Shown here: in pieces, positions 23,701 through 38,700 of the stretch | How positions within the stretch are numbered: position 1 is the stretch's first letter | Layout: each line of letters begins with the position of its first letter | Assembly (NCBI GenBank): GCA_964016885.1 | Contig: OZ024742.1 | Location: forward strand, 272,118,001 to 272,182,000 | Source of the DNA: Eledone cirrhosa | Lineage: Eukaryota | Direction: 5' to 3' | Length of the DNA: 64,000 bases | Position numbers and translations under genes: made by a program | Notes under the pieces: model-generated | Databases searched by the model: none | What the model was told of the DNA's origin: nothing | The model's input: only the letters and a program-made list of their open reading frames with translations

Positions 23701-26700
23701 GAGGTCAAGCTAGAAAGTATGTGATTGGCTGCTTACGGCGGATAGGCTTGTTTCTAGAAAGCGCAGCCAGATATCGCCAAATTTAATCTCAACCTAATGG
23801 AAGATTATTAAATATAAAGTTTTACATATACATAAAGTTATAGATATATATGTTGCAACTGGTCACTTTTAAGCTATATGAAGAATTAATAAATTAAATA
23901 ATCAGAGCAATATATCATAAATCATGTCTTTAGAATTATTAGATAAAATATATATCGTTTCTTCTTCCAATTAGCATAATTAACCATATAAAAAATCAAT
24001 TAGACCAAGTTATAAGAAGATAGGCTCTTATGAAGAAATCTTCGACAAATAACCGAAAGTGGCCTCTTCGCAGTGACACCAATATAGTATATTTATCCAA
24101 CATTTCGACAGCATGTGGAAACTGACTAAATATATCATCAACCATACACAATTAGGTGTAAAATTAAACTTAGAAGAAATGTGTACATACCGTAATTATA
24201 TCTCTACCATGGTTTCTTCCGTATTTTTAGACATCAAATTAATAGGAATGCCCTGAGTTACGATTCATCAGGAGTCAAACTCAAAATCAGACATCGAGTT
24301 TTTCAACCTGATCGCGCCGAAATTAGATTCATAAATGGCTAAGAATCGCTATGTGGCTGTGTGTCAAGCTAGAAAGTATGTGATTGGCTGCTTACGGCGG
24401 GTAGGCTTGTTTCTAGAAAGCGCAGCCAGATATCGCCAAATTTAATCTCAACCTAATGGGAGATTATTAAATATAAAGTTTTACATAGACATAAAGTTAT
24501 AGATATATATGTTGCAACTGGTCACTTTTAAGCTATATGAAGAATTAATAAATTAAATAATCAGAGCAATATATCATAAATCATGTCTTTAGAATTATTA
24601 GATAAAATATATACCGTTTCTTCTTCCAATTAGCATAATTAAACCATATAAAAAATCAATTAGACCAAGCCATAAGAAGAAAGGCTCTTATGAAGAAATC
24701 TTCGACAAATAACCGAAAGTGGCCTCTTCGCGGTGACCCCAATATGGTATATTTAGCCAACATTTCGACAGCATGTGGAAACTGACTAAATATATCATCA
24801 ACCATACACAATTAGGTGTAAAATTAAACTTAGAAGAAATGTGTACATACCGTAATTATATCTCTACCATGATTTCATCCGTATTTTTAGACATCCAATT
24901 AATAGGAATGCCCTAAGTTAGGATTCATCAGGAATCAAACTCAAAATCAGACATCGAGTTTTTCAACCTGATCGCGCCGAAATTAGATTAAAAAATGGCT
25001 AAGAATCGCTGTGGCTGAGGTCAAGCTAGAAAGTATGTGATTGGCTGCTTACGGCGGGTAGGCTTGTTTCAAGAAAGCGCAGCCAGATATCGCCAAATTT
25101 AATCTCAACCTAATGGGAGATTATTAAATATAAAGTTTTACATATACATAAAGTTATAGATATATATGTTGCAACTGGTCACTTTTAAGCTATATGAAGA
25201 ATTAATAAATTAAATAATCAGAGCAATATATCATAAATCATGTCTTTAGAATTATTAGATAAAATATATATCGTTTCTTCTTCCAATTAGCATAATTAAC
25301 CATATAAAAAATCAATTAGACCAAATTATAAGAAGATAGGCTCTTATGAAGAAATCTTTGACAAATAACCGAAAGTGGCCTCTTCGCAGTGACACCAATA
25401 TAGTATATTTATCCAACATTTCGACAGCATGTGGAAACTGACTAAATATATCATCAACCATACACAATTAGGTGTAAAATTAAACTTAGAAGAAATGTGT
25501 ACATACCGTAATTATATCTCTACCATGGTTTCTTCCGTATTTTTAGACATCCAATTAATAGGAATGCCCTGAGTTACGATTCATCAGGAGTCAAACTCAA
25601 AATCAGACATCGAGTTTTTCAACCTGATCGCGCCGAAATTAGATTCATAAATGGCTAAGAATCGCTTTGTGGCTGTGTGTCAAGCTAGAAAGTATGTGAT
25701 TGGCTGCTTACGGCGGGTAGGCTTGTTTCTAGAAAGCGCAGCCAGATATCGCCAAATTTAATCTCAACCTAACGGGCGATTATTAAATATAAAGTTTTAC
25801 ATATACATAAAGTTATAGATATATATGTTGCAACTGGTCACTTTTAAGCTCTATCAAGAATTAATAAATTAAATAATCAGAGCAATATATCATAAATCAT
25901 GTCTTTAGAATTATTAAATAAAATATATACCGTTTCTTCTTCCAATTAGCATAATTAACCATATAAAAAATCAATTAGACCAAGCTATAATAAGAAAGAC
26001 TCTTATGAAGAAATCTTCGACAAATAACCGAAAGTGCCCTCTTCGCGGTGACGCCGATATGGTATATTTATCCAACATTTCTACAGCATGTGGAAACTGA
26101 CTAAATATATCATCAAACATACACAATTAGGTGTAAAATTAAACAGTAGAAGAAATGTGTACATACCGTAATTATATCTCTACCATGGTTTCATCCGTAT
26201 TTTTAGACATCCAATTAATAGGAATGCCCTGAGTTAGGCTTCATCAGGAGTCAAACTCAAAATCAGACATCGAGTTTTTCAACCTGATCGCGCCGAAATT
26301 AGATTAAAAAATGGCTAAGAATCGCTGTGGCTGAGGTCAAGCTAGAAAGTATGTGATTGGCTGCTTACGGCGGGTAGGCTTGTTTCAAGAAAGCGCAGCC
26401 AGATATCGCCAAATTTAATCTCAACCTAATGGGAGCTTATTAAATATAAAGTTTTACATATACATAAAGTTATAGATATATATGTTGCAACTGGTCACTT
26501 TTAAGCTATATGAAGAATTAATAAATTAAATAATCAGAGCAATATATCATAAATCATGTCTTTAGAATTATTAGATAAAATATATATCGTTTCTTCTTCC
26601 AATTAGCATAATTACCATATAAAAAATCAATTAGACCAAGTTATAAGAAGATAGGCTCTTATGAAGAAATCTTTGACAAATAACCGAAAGTGGCCTCTTC

Positions 26701-29700
26701 GCAGTGACACCAATATAGTATATTTATCCAACATTTCGACAGCATGTGGAAACTGACTAAATATATCATCAACCATACACAATTAGGTGTAAAATTAAAC
26801 TTAGAAGAAATGTGTACATACCGTAATTATATCTCTACCATGGTTTCTTCCGTATTTTTAGACATCCAATTAATAGGAATGCCCTGAGTTACGATTCATC
26901 AGGAGTCAAACTCAAAATCAGACATCGAGTTTTTCAACCTGATCGCGCCGAAATTAGATTCATAAATGGCTAAGAATCGCTTTGTGGCTGTGTGTCAAGC
27001 TAGAAAGTATGTGATTGGCTGCTTACGGCGGGTAGGCTTGTTTCTAGAAAGCGCAGCCAGATATCGCCAAATTTAATCTCAACCTAACGGGCGATTATTA
27101 AATATAAAGTTTTACATATACATAAAGTTATAGATATATATGTTGCAACTGGTCACTTTTAAGCTCTATCAAGAATTAATAAATTAAATAATCAGAGCAA
27201 TATATCATAAATCATGTCTTTAGAATTATTAAATAAAATATATACCGTTTCTTCTTCCAATTAGCATAATTAACCATATAAAAAATCAATTAGACCAAGC
27301 TATAATAAGAAAGACTCTTATGAAGAAATCTTCGACAAATAACCGAAAGTGCCCTCTTCGCGGTGACGCCGATATGGTATATTTATCCAACATTTCTACA
27401 GCATGTGGAAACTGACTAAATATATCATCAAACATACACAATTAGGTGTAAAATTAAACAGTAGAAGAAATGTGTACATACCGTAATTATATCTCTACCA
27501 TGGTTTCATCCGTATTTTTAGACATCCAATTAATAGGAATGCCCTGAGTTAGGCTTCATCAGGAGACAAACTCAAAATCAGACATCGAGTTTTTCAACCT
27601 GATCGCGCCGAAATTAGATTAAAAAATGGCTAAGAATCGCTGTGGCTGAGGTCAAGCTAGAAAGTATGTGATTGGCTGCTTACGGCGGGTAGGCTTGTTT
27701 CTAGAAAGCGCAGCCAGATATCGCCAAATTTAATCTCAACCTAATGGGAGATTATTAAATATAAAGTTTTACATATACATAAAGTTATAGATATATATGT
27801 TGCAACTGGTCACTTTTAAGCTATATGAAGAATTAATAAAATAATAATCAGAGCAATATATCATAAATCATGTCTTTAGAATTATTAGATAAAATATATA
27901 TCGTTTCTTCTTCCAATTAGCATAATTAACCATATAAAAAATCAATTAGACCAAGTTATAAGAAGATAGGCTCTTATGAAGAAATCTTTGACAAATAACC
28001 GAAAGTGGCCTCTTCGCAGTGACACCAATATAGTATATTTATCCAACATTTCGACAGCATGTGGAAACTGACTAAATATATCATCAACCATACACAATTA
28101 GGTGTAAAATTAAACTTAGAAGAAATGTGTACATACCGTAATTATATCTCTACCATGGTTTCTTCCGTATTTTTAGACATCCAATTAATAGGAATGCCCT
28201 GAGTTACGATTCATCAGGAGTCAAACTCAAAATCAGACATCGAGTGTTTCAACCTGATCGCGCCGAAATTAGATTCATTAATGGCTAAGAATCGCTTTGT
28301 GGCTGTGTGTCAAGCTAGAAAGTATGTGATTGGCTGCTTACGGCGGGTAGGCTTGTTTCTAGAAAGCGCAGCCAGATATCGCCAAATTTAATCTCAACCT
28401 AACGGGCGATTATTAAATATAAAGTTTTACATATACATAAAGTTATAGATATATATGTTGCAACTGGTCACTTTTAAGCTCTATCAAGAATTAATAAATT
28501 AAATAATCAGAGCAATATATCATAAATCATGTCTTTAGAATTATTAAATAAAATATATACCGTTTCTTCTTCCAATTAGCATAATTAACCATATAAAAAA
28601 TCAATTAGACCAAGCTATAAGAAGAAAGACTCTTATGAAGAAATCTTCGACAAATAACCGAAAGTGTCCTCTTCGCGGTGACGCCGATATGGTATATTTA
28701 TCCAACATTTCTACAACATGTGGAAACTGACTAAATATATCATCAACCATACACAATTAGGTGTAAAATTCAACAGTAGAAGAAATGTGTACATACCGTA
28801 ATTATATCTCTACCATGGTTTCATCCGTATTTTTAGACATCCAATTAATAGGAATGCCCTGAGTTAGGCTTCATCAGGAGTCAAACTCAAAATCAGACAT
28901 CGAGTTTTTCAACCTGATCGCGCCGAAATTAGATTCAAAAATGGCTAAGAATCACTGTGGCTGTGGTCAAGCTAGAAAGTATATGATTGGCTGCTTACGG
29001 CGGGTAGGCTTGTTTCTAGAAAGCGCAGCCAGATATCGCCAAATTTAATCTCAACCTAATGGGAGATTATTAAATATAAAGTTTTACATAGACATAAAGT
29101 TATAGATATATATGTTGCAACTGGTCACTTTTAAGCTATATGAAGAATTAATAAATTAAATAATCAGAGCAATATATCATAAATCATGTCTTTAGAATTA
29201 TTAGATAAAATATATACCGTTTCTTCTTCCAATTAGCATAATTAAACCATATAAAAAATCAATTAGACCAAGCCATAAGAAGAAAGGCTCTTATGAAGAA
29301 ATCTTCGACAAATAACCGAAAGTGGCCTCTTCGCGGTGACCCCAATATGGTATATTTAGCCAACATTTCGACAGCATGTGGAAACTGACTAAATATATCA
29401 TCAACCATACACAATTAGGTGTAAAATTAAACTTAGAAGAAATGTGTACATACCGTAATTATATCTCTACCATGGTTTCATCCGTATTTTTAGACATCCA
29501 ATTAATAGGAATGCCCTGAGTTAGGCTTCATCAGGAGTCAAACTCAAAATCAGACATCGAGTTTTTCAACCTGATCGCGCCGAAATTAGATTAAAAAATG
29601 GCTAAGAATCGCTGTGGCTGAGGTCAAGCTAGAAAGTATGTGATTGGCTGCTTACGGCGGGTAGGCTTGTTTCAAGAAAGCGCAGCCAGATATCGCCAAA

Positions 29701-32700
29701 TTTATTCTCAACCTAATGGGAGATTATTAAATATAAAGTTTTACATATACATAAAGTTATAGATATATATGTTGCAACTGGTCACTTTTAAGCTATATGA
29801 AGAATTAATAAATTAAATAATCAGAGCAATATATCATAAATCATGTCTTTAGAATTATTAGATAAAATATATATCGTTTCTTCTTCCAATTAGCATAATT
29901 AACCATATAAAAAATCAATTAGACCAAGTTATAAGAAGATAGGCTCTTATGAAGAAATCTTTGACAAATAACCGAAAGTGGCCTCTTCGCAGTGACACCA
30001 ATATAGTATATTTATCCAACATTTCGACAGCATGTGGAAACTGACTAAATATATCATCAACCATACACAATTAGGTGTAAAATTAAACTTAGAAGAAATG
30101 TGTACATACCGTAATTATATCTCTACCATGGTTTCTTCCGTATTTTTAGATATCCAATTAATAGGAATGCCCTGAGTTACGATTCATCAGGAGTCAAACT
30201 CAAAATCAGACATCGAGTTTTTCAACCTGATCGCGCCGAAATTAGATTCATAAATGGCTAAGAATCGCTTTGTGGCTGTGTGTCAAGCTAGAAAGTATGT
30301 GATTGGCTGCTTACGGCGGGTAGGCTTGTTTCTAGAAAGCGCAGCCAGACATCGCCAAATTTAATCTCAACCTAACGGGCGATTATTAAATATAAAGTTT
30401 TACATATACATAAAGTTATAGATATATATGTTGCAACTGGTCACTTTTAAGCTCTATCAAGAATTAATAAATTAAATAATCAGAGCAATATATCATAAAT
30501 CATGTCTTTAGAATTATTAAATAAAATATATACCGTTTCTTCTTCCAATTAGCATAATTAACCATATAAAAAATCAATTAGACCAAGCTATAATAAGAAA
30601 GACTCTTATGAAGAAATCTTCGACAAATAACCGAAAGTGCCCTCTTCGCGGTGACGCCGATATGGTATATTTATCCAACATTTCTACAGCATGTGGAAAC
30701 TGACTAAATATATCATCAAACATACACAATTAGGTGTAAAATTAAACAGTAGAAGAAATGTGTACATACCGTAATTATATCTCTACCATGGTTTCATCCG
30801 TATTTTTAGACATCCAATTAATAGGAATGCCCTGAGTTAGGCTTCATCAGGAGTCAAACTCAAAATCAGACATCGAGTTTTTCAACCTGATCGCGCCGAA
30901 ATTAGATTCAAAAATGGCTAAGAATCACTGTGGCTGTGGTCAAGCTAGAAAGTATATGATTGGCTGCTTACGGCGGGTAGGCTTGTTTCTAGAAAGCGCA
31001 GCCAGATATCGCCAAATTTAATCTCAACCTAATGGGAGATTATTAAATATAAAGTTTTACATAGACATAAAGTTATAGATATATATGTTGCAACTGGTCA
31101 CTTTTAAGCTATATGAAGAATTAATAAATTAAATAATCAGAGCAATATATCATAAATCATGTCTTTAGAATTATTAGATAAAATATATACCGTTTCTTCT
31201 TCCAATTAGCATAATTAAACCATATAAAAAATCAATTAGACCAAGCCATAAGAAGAAAGGCTCTTATGAAGAAATCTTCGACAAATAACCGAAAGTGGCC
31301 TCTTCGCGGTGACCCCAATATGGTATATTTAGCCAACATTTCGACAGCATGTGGAAACTGACTAAATATATCATCAACCATACACAATTAGGTGTAAAAT
31401 TAAACTTAGAAGAAATGTGTACATACCGTAATTATATCTCTACCATGGTTTCATCCGTATTTTTAGACATCCAATTAATATGAATGCCCTGAGTTAGGAT
31501 TCATCAGGAGTCAAACTCAAAATCAGACATCGAGTTTTTCAACCTGATCGCGCCGAAATTAGATTAAAAAATGGCTAAGAATCGCTGTGGCTGAGGTCAA
31601 GCTAGAAAGTATGTGATTGGCTGCTTACGGCGGGTAGGCTTGTTTCAAGAAAGCGCAGCCAGATATCGCCAAATTTAATCTCAACCTAATGGGAGATTAT
31701 TAAATATAAAGTTTTACATATACATAAAGTTATAGATATATATGTTGCAACTGGTCACTTTTAAGCTATATGAAGAATTAATAAATTAAATAATCAGAGC
31801 AATATATCATAAATCATGTCTTTAGAATTATTAGATAAAATATATATGGTTTCTTCTTCCAATTAGCATAATTAACCATATAAAAAATCAATTAGACCAA
31901 GTTATAAGAAGATAGGCTCTTATGAAGAAATCTTTGACAAATAACCGAAAGTGGCCTCTTCGCAGTGACACCAATATAGTATATTTATCCAACATTTCGA
32001 CAGCATGTGGAAACTGACTAAATATATCATCAACCATACACAATTAGGTGTAAAATTAAACTTAGAAGAAATGTGTACATACCGTAATTATATCTCTACC
32101 ATGGTTTCTTCCGTATTTTTAGACATCCAATTAATAGGAATGCCCTGAGTTACGATTCATCAGGAGTCAAACTCAAAATCAGACATCGAGTTTTTCAACC
32201 TGATCGCGCCGAAATTAGATTCATAAATGGCTAAGAATCGCTTTGTGGCTGTGTGTCAAGCTAGAAAGTATGTGATTGGCTGCTTACGGCGGGTAGGCTT
32301 GTTTCTAGAAAGCGCAGCCAGATATCGCCAAATTTAATCTCAACCTAACGGGCGATTATTAAATATAAAGTTTTACATATACATAAAGTTATAGATATAT
32401 ATGTTGCAACTGGTCACTTTTAAGCTCTATCAAGAATTAATAAATTAAATAATCAGAGCAATATATCATAAATCATGTCTTTAGAATTATTAAATAAAAT
32501 ATATACCGTTTCTTCTTCCAATTAGCATAATTAACCATATAAAAAATCAATTAGACCAAGCTATAATAAGAAAGACTCTTATGAAGAAATCTTCGACAAA
32601 TAACCGAAAGTGCCCTCTTCGCGGTGACGCCGATATGGTATATTTATCCAACATTTCTACAGCATGTGGAAACTGACTAAATATATCATCAAACATACAC

Positions 32701-35700
32701 AATTAGGTGTAAAATTAAACAGTAGAAGAAATGTGTACATACCGTAATTATATCTCTACCATGGTTTCATCCGTATTTTTAGACATCCAATTAATAGGAA
32801 TGCCCTGAGTTAGGCTTCATCAGGAGTCAAACTCAAAATCAGACATCGAGTTTTTCAACCTGATCGCGCCGAAATTAGATTAAAAAATGGCTAAGAATCG
32901 CTGTGGCTGAGGTCAAGCTAGAAAGTATGTGATTGGCTGCTTACGGCGGGTAGGCTTGTTTCAAGAAAGCGCAGCCAGATATCGCCAAATTTAATCTCAA
33001 CCTAATGGGAGATTATTAAATATAAAGTTTTACATATACATAAAGTTATAGATATATATGTTGCAACTGGTCACTTTTAAGCTATATGAAGAATTAATAA
33101 ATTAAATAATCAGAGCAATATATCATAAATCATGTCTTTAGAATTATTAGATAAAATATATATCGTTTCTTCTTCCAATTAGCATAATTAACCATATAAA
33201 AAATCAATTAGACCAAGTTATAAGAAGATAGGCTCTTATGAAGAAATCTTTGACAAATAACCGAAAGTGGCCTCTTCGCAGTGACACCAATATAGTATAT
33301 TTATCCAACATTTCGACAGCATGTGGAAACTGACTAAATATATCATCAACCATACACAATTAGGTGTAAAATTAAACTTAGAAGAAATGTGTACATACCG
33401 TAATTATATCTCTACCATGGTTTCTTCCGTATTTTTAGATATCCAATTAATAGGAATGCCCTGAGTTACGATTCATCAGGAGTCAAACTCAAAATCAGAC
33501 ATCGAGTTTTTCAACCTGATCGCGCCGAAATTAGATTCATAAATGGCTAAGAATCGCTTTGTGGCTGTGTGTCAAGCTAGAAAGTATGTGATTGGCTGCT
33601 TACGGCGGGTAGGCTTGTTTCTAGAAAGCGCAGCCAGATATCGCCAAATTTAATCTCAACCTAACGGGCGATTATTAAATATAAAGTTTTACATATACAT
33701 AAAGTTATAGATATATATGTTGCAACTGGTCACTTTTAAGCTCTATCAAGAATTAATAAATTAAATAATCAGAGCAATATATCATAAATCATGTCTTTAG
33801 AATTATTAAATAAAATATATACCGTTTCTTCTTCCAATTAGCATAATTAACCATATAAAAAATCAATTAGACCAAGCTATAATAAGAAAGACTCTTATGA
33901 AGAAATCTTCGACAAATAACCGAAAGTGCCCTCTTCGCGGTGACGCCGATATGGTATATTTATCCAACATTTCTACAGCATGTGGAAACTGACTAAATAT
34001 ATCATCAAACATACACAATTAGGTGTAAAATTAAACAGTAGAAGAAATGTGTACATACCGTAATTATATCTCTACCATGGTTTCATCCGTATTTTTAGAC
34101 ATCCAATTAATAGGAATGCCCTGAGTTAGGCTTCATCAGGAGTCAAACTCAAAATCAGACATCGAGTTTTTCAACCTGATCGCGCCGAAATTAGATTAAA
34201 AAATGGCTAAGAATCGCTGTGGCTGAGGTCAAGCTAGAAAGTATGTGATTGGCTGCTTACGGCGGGTAGGCTTGTTTCTAGAAAGCGCAGCCAGATATCG
34301 CCAAATTTAATCTCAACCTAATGGGAGATTATTAAATATAAAGTTTTACATATACATAAAGTTATAGATATATATGTTGCAACTGGTCACTTTTAAGCTA
34401 TATGAAGAATTAATAAAATAATAATCAGAGCAATATATCATAAATCATGTCTTTAGAATTATTAGATAAAATATATATCGTTTCTTCTTCCAATTAGCAT
34501 AATTAACCATATAAAAAATCAATTAGACCAAGTTATAAGAAGATAGGCTCTTATGAAGAAATCTTTGACAAATAACCGAAAGTGGCCTCTTCGCAGTGAC
34601 ACCAATATAGTATATTTATCCAACATTTCGACAGCATGTGGAAACTGACTAAATATATCATCAACCATACACAATTAGGTGTAAAATTAAACTTAGAAGA
34701 AATGTGTACATACCGTAATTATATCTCTACCATGGTTTCTTCCGTATTTTTAGACATCCAATTAATAGGAATGCCCTGAGTTACGATTCATCAGGAGTCA
34801 AACTCAAAATCAGACATCGAGTGTTTCAACCTGATCGCGCCGAAATTAGATTCATTAATGGCTAAGAATCGCTTTGTGGCTGTGTGTCAAGCTAGAAAGT
34901 ATGTGATTGGCTGCTTACGGCGGGTAGGCTTGTTTCTAGAAAGCGCAGCCAGATATCGCCAAATTTAATCTCAACCTAACGGGCGATTATTAAATATAAA
35001 GTTTTACATATACATAAAGTTATAGATATATATGTTGCAACTGGTCACTTTTAAGCTCTATCAAGAATTAATAAATTAAATAATCAGAGCAATATATCAT
35101 AAATCATGTCTTTAGAATTATTAAATAAAATATATACCGTTTCTTCTTCCAATTAGCATAATTAACCATATAAAAAATCAATTAGACCAAGCTATAAGAA
35201 GAAAGACTCTTATGAAGAAATCTTCGACAAATAACCGAAAGTGTCCTCTTCGCGGTGACGCCGATATGGTATATTTATCCAACATTTCTACAACATGTGG
35301 AAACTGACTAAATATATCATCAACCATACACAATTAGGTGTAAAATTCAACAGTAGAAGAAATGTGTACATACCGTAATTATATCTCTACCATGGTTTCA
35401 TCCGTATTTTTAGACATCCAATTAATAGGAATGCCCTGAGTTAGGCTTCATCAGGAGTCAAACTCAAAATCAGACATCGAGTTTTTCAACCTGATCGCGC
35501 CGAAATTAGATTCAAAAATGGCTAAGAATCACTGTGGCTGTGGTCAAGCTAGAAAGTATATGATTGGCTGCTTACGGCGGGTAGGCTTGTTTCTAGAAAG
35601 CGCAGCCAGATATCGCCAAATTTAATCTCAACCTAATGGGAGATTATTAAATATAAAGTTTTACATAGACATAAAGTTATAGATATATATGTTGCAACTG

Positions 35701-38700
35701 GTCACTTTTAAGCTATATGAAGAATTAATAAATTAAATAATCAGAGCAATATATCATAAATCATGTCTTTAGAATTATTAGATAAAATATATACCGTTTC
35801 TTCTTCCAATTAGCATAATTAAACCATATAAAAAATCAATTAGACCAAGCCATAAGAAGAAAGGCTCTTATGAAGAAATCTTCGACAAATAACCGAAAGT
35901 GGCCTCTTCGCGGTGACCCCAATATGGTATATTTAGCCAACATTTCGACAGCATGTGGAAACTGACTAAATATATCATCAACCATACACAATTAGGTGTA
36001 AAATTAAACTTAGAAGAAATGTGTACATACCGTAATTATATCTCTACCATGGTTTCATCCGTATTTTTAGACATCCAATTAATATGAATGCCCTGAGTTA
36101 GGATTCATCAGGAGTCAAACTCAAAATCAGACATCGAGTTTTTCAACCTGATCGCGCCGAAATTAGATTAAAAAATGGCTAAGAATCGCTGTGGCTGAGG
36201 TCAAGCTAGAAAGTATGTGATTGGCTGCTTACGGCGGGTAGGCTTGTTTCAAGAAAGCGCAGCCAGATATCGCCAAATTTAATCTCAACCTAATGGGAGA
36301 TTATTAAATATAAAGTTTTACATATACATAAAGTTATAGATATATATGTTGCAACTGGTCACTTTTAAGCTATATGAAGAATTAATAAATTAAATAATCA
36401 GAGCAATATATCATAAATCATGTCTTTAGAATTATTAGATAAAATATATATGGTTTCTTCTTCCAATTAGCATAATTAACCATATAAAAAATCAATTAGA
36501 CCAAGTTATAAGAAGATAGACTCTTATGAAGAAATCTTCGACAAATAACCGAAAGTGCCCTCTTCGCGGTGACGCCGATATGGTATATTTATCCAACATT
36601 TCTACAACATGTGGAAACTGACTAAATATATCATCAACCATACACAATTAGGTGTAAAATTAAACAGTAGAAGAAATGTGTACATACCGTAATTATATCT
36701 CTACCATGGTTTCATCCGTATTTTTAGACATCCAATTAATAGGAATGCCCTGAGTTAGGCTTCATCAGGAGTCAAACTCAAAATCAGACATCGAGTTTTT
36801 CAACCTGATCGCGCCGAAATTAGATTCAAAAATGGCTAAGAATCACTGTGGCTGTGGTCAAGCTAGAAAGTATATGATTGGCTGCTTACGGCGGGTAGGC
36901 TTGTTTCTAGAAAGCGCAGCCAGATATCGCCAAATTTAATCTCAACCTAATGGGAGATTATTAAATATAAAGTTTTACATATACATAAAGTTATAGATAT
37001 ATATGTTGCAACTGGTCACTTTTAAGCTATATGAAGAATTAATAAATTAAATAATCAGAGCAATATATCATAAATCATGTCTTTAGAATTATTAGATAAA
37101 ATATATATCGTTTCTTCTTCCAATTAGCATAATTAACCATATAAAAAATCAATTAGACCAAGTTATAAGAAGATAGGCTCTTATGAAGAAATCTTTGACA
37201 AATAACCGAAAGTGGCCTCTTCGCAGTGACACCAATATAGTATATTTATCCAACATTTCGACAGCATGTGGAAACTGACTAAATATATCATCAACCATAC
37301 ACAATTAGGTGTAAAATTAAACTTAGAAGAAATGTGTACATACCGTAATTATATCTCTACCATGGTTTCTTCCGTATTTTTAGACATCCAATTAATAGGA
37401 ATGCCCTGAGTTACGATTCATCAGGAGTCAAACTCAAAATCAGACATCGAGTTTTTCAACCTGATCGCGCCGAAATTAGATTCATAAATGGCTAAGAATC
37501 GCTTTGTGGCTGTGTGTCAAGCTAGAAAGTATGTGATTGGCTGCTTACGGCGGGTAGGCTTGTTTCTAGAAAGCGCAGCCAGATATCGCCAAATTTAATC
37601 TCAACCTAACGGGCGATTATTAAATATAAAGTTTTACATATACATAAAGTTATAGATATATATGTTGCAACTGGTCACTTTTAAGCTCTATCAAGAATTA
37701 ATAAATTAAATAATCAGAGCAATATATCATAAATCATGTCTTTAGAATTATTAAATAAAATATATACCGTTTCTTCTTCCAATTAGCATAATTAACCATA
37801 TAAAAAATCAATTAGACCAAGCTATAAGAAGAAAGACTCTTATGAAGAAATCTTCGACAAATAACCGAAAGTGCCCTCTTCGCGATGACGCCGATATGGT
37901 ATATTTATCCAACATTTCTACAACATGTGGAAACTGACTAAATATATCATCAACCATACACAATTAGGTGTAAAATTAAACAGTAGAAGAAATGTGTACA
38001 TACCGTAATTATATCTCTACCATGGTTTCATCCGTATTTTTAGACATCCAATTAATAGGAATGCCCTGAGTTAGGCTTCATCAGGAGTCAAACTCAAAAT
38101 CAGACATCGAGTTTTTCAACCTGATCGCGCCGAAATTAGATTCAAAAATGGCTAAGAATCACTGTGGCTGTGGTCAAGCTAGAAAGTATATGATTGGCTG
38201 CTTACGGCGGGTAGGCTTGTTTCTAGAAAGCGCAGCCAGATATCGCCAAATTTAATCTCAACCTAATGGGAGATTATTAAATATAAAGTTTTACATAGAC
38301 ATAAAGTTATAGATATATATGTTGCAACTGGTCACTTTTAAGCTATATGAAGAATTAATAAATTAAATAATCAGAGCAATATATCATAAATCATGTCTTT
38401 AGAATTATTAGATAAAATATATACCGTTTCTTCTTCCAATTAGCATAATTAAACCATATAAAAAATCAATTAGACCAAGCCATAAGAAGAAAGGCTCTTA
38501 TGAAGAAATCTTCGACAAATAACCGAAAGTGGCCTCTTCGCGGTGACCCCAATATGGTATATTTAGCCAACATTTCGACAGCATGTGGAAACTGACTAAA
38601 TATATCATCAACCATACACAATTAGGTGTAAAATTAAACTTAGAAGAAATGTGTACATACCGTAATTATATCTCTACCATGGTTTCATCCGTATTTTTAG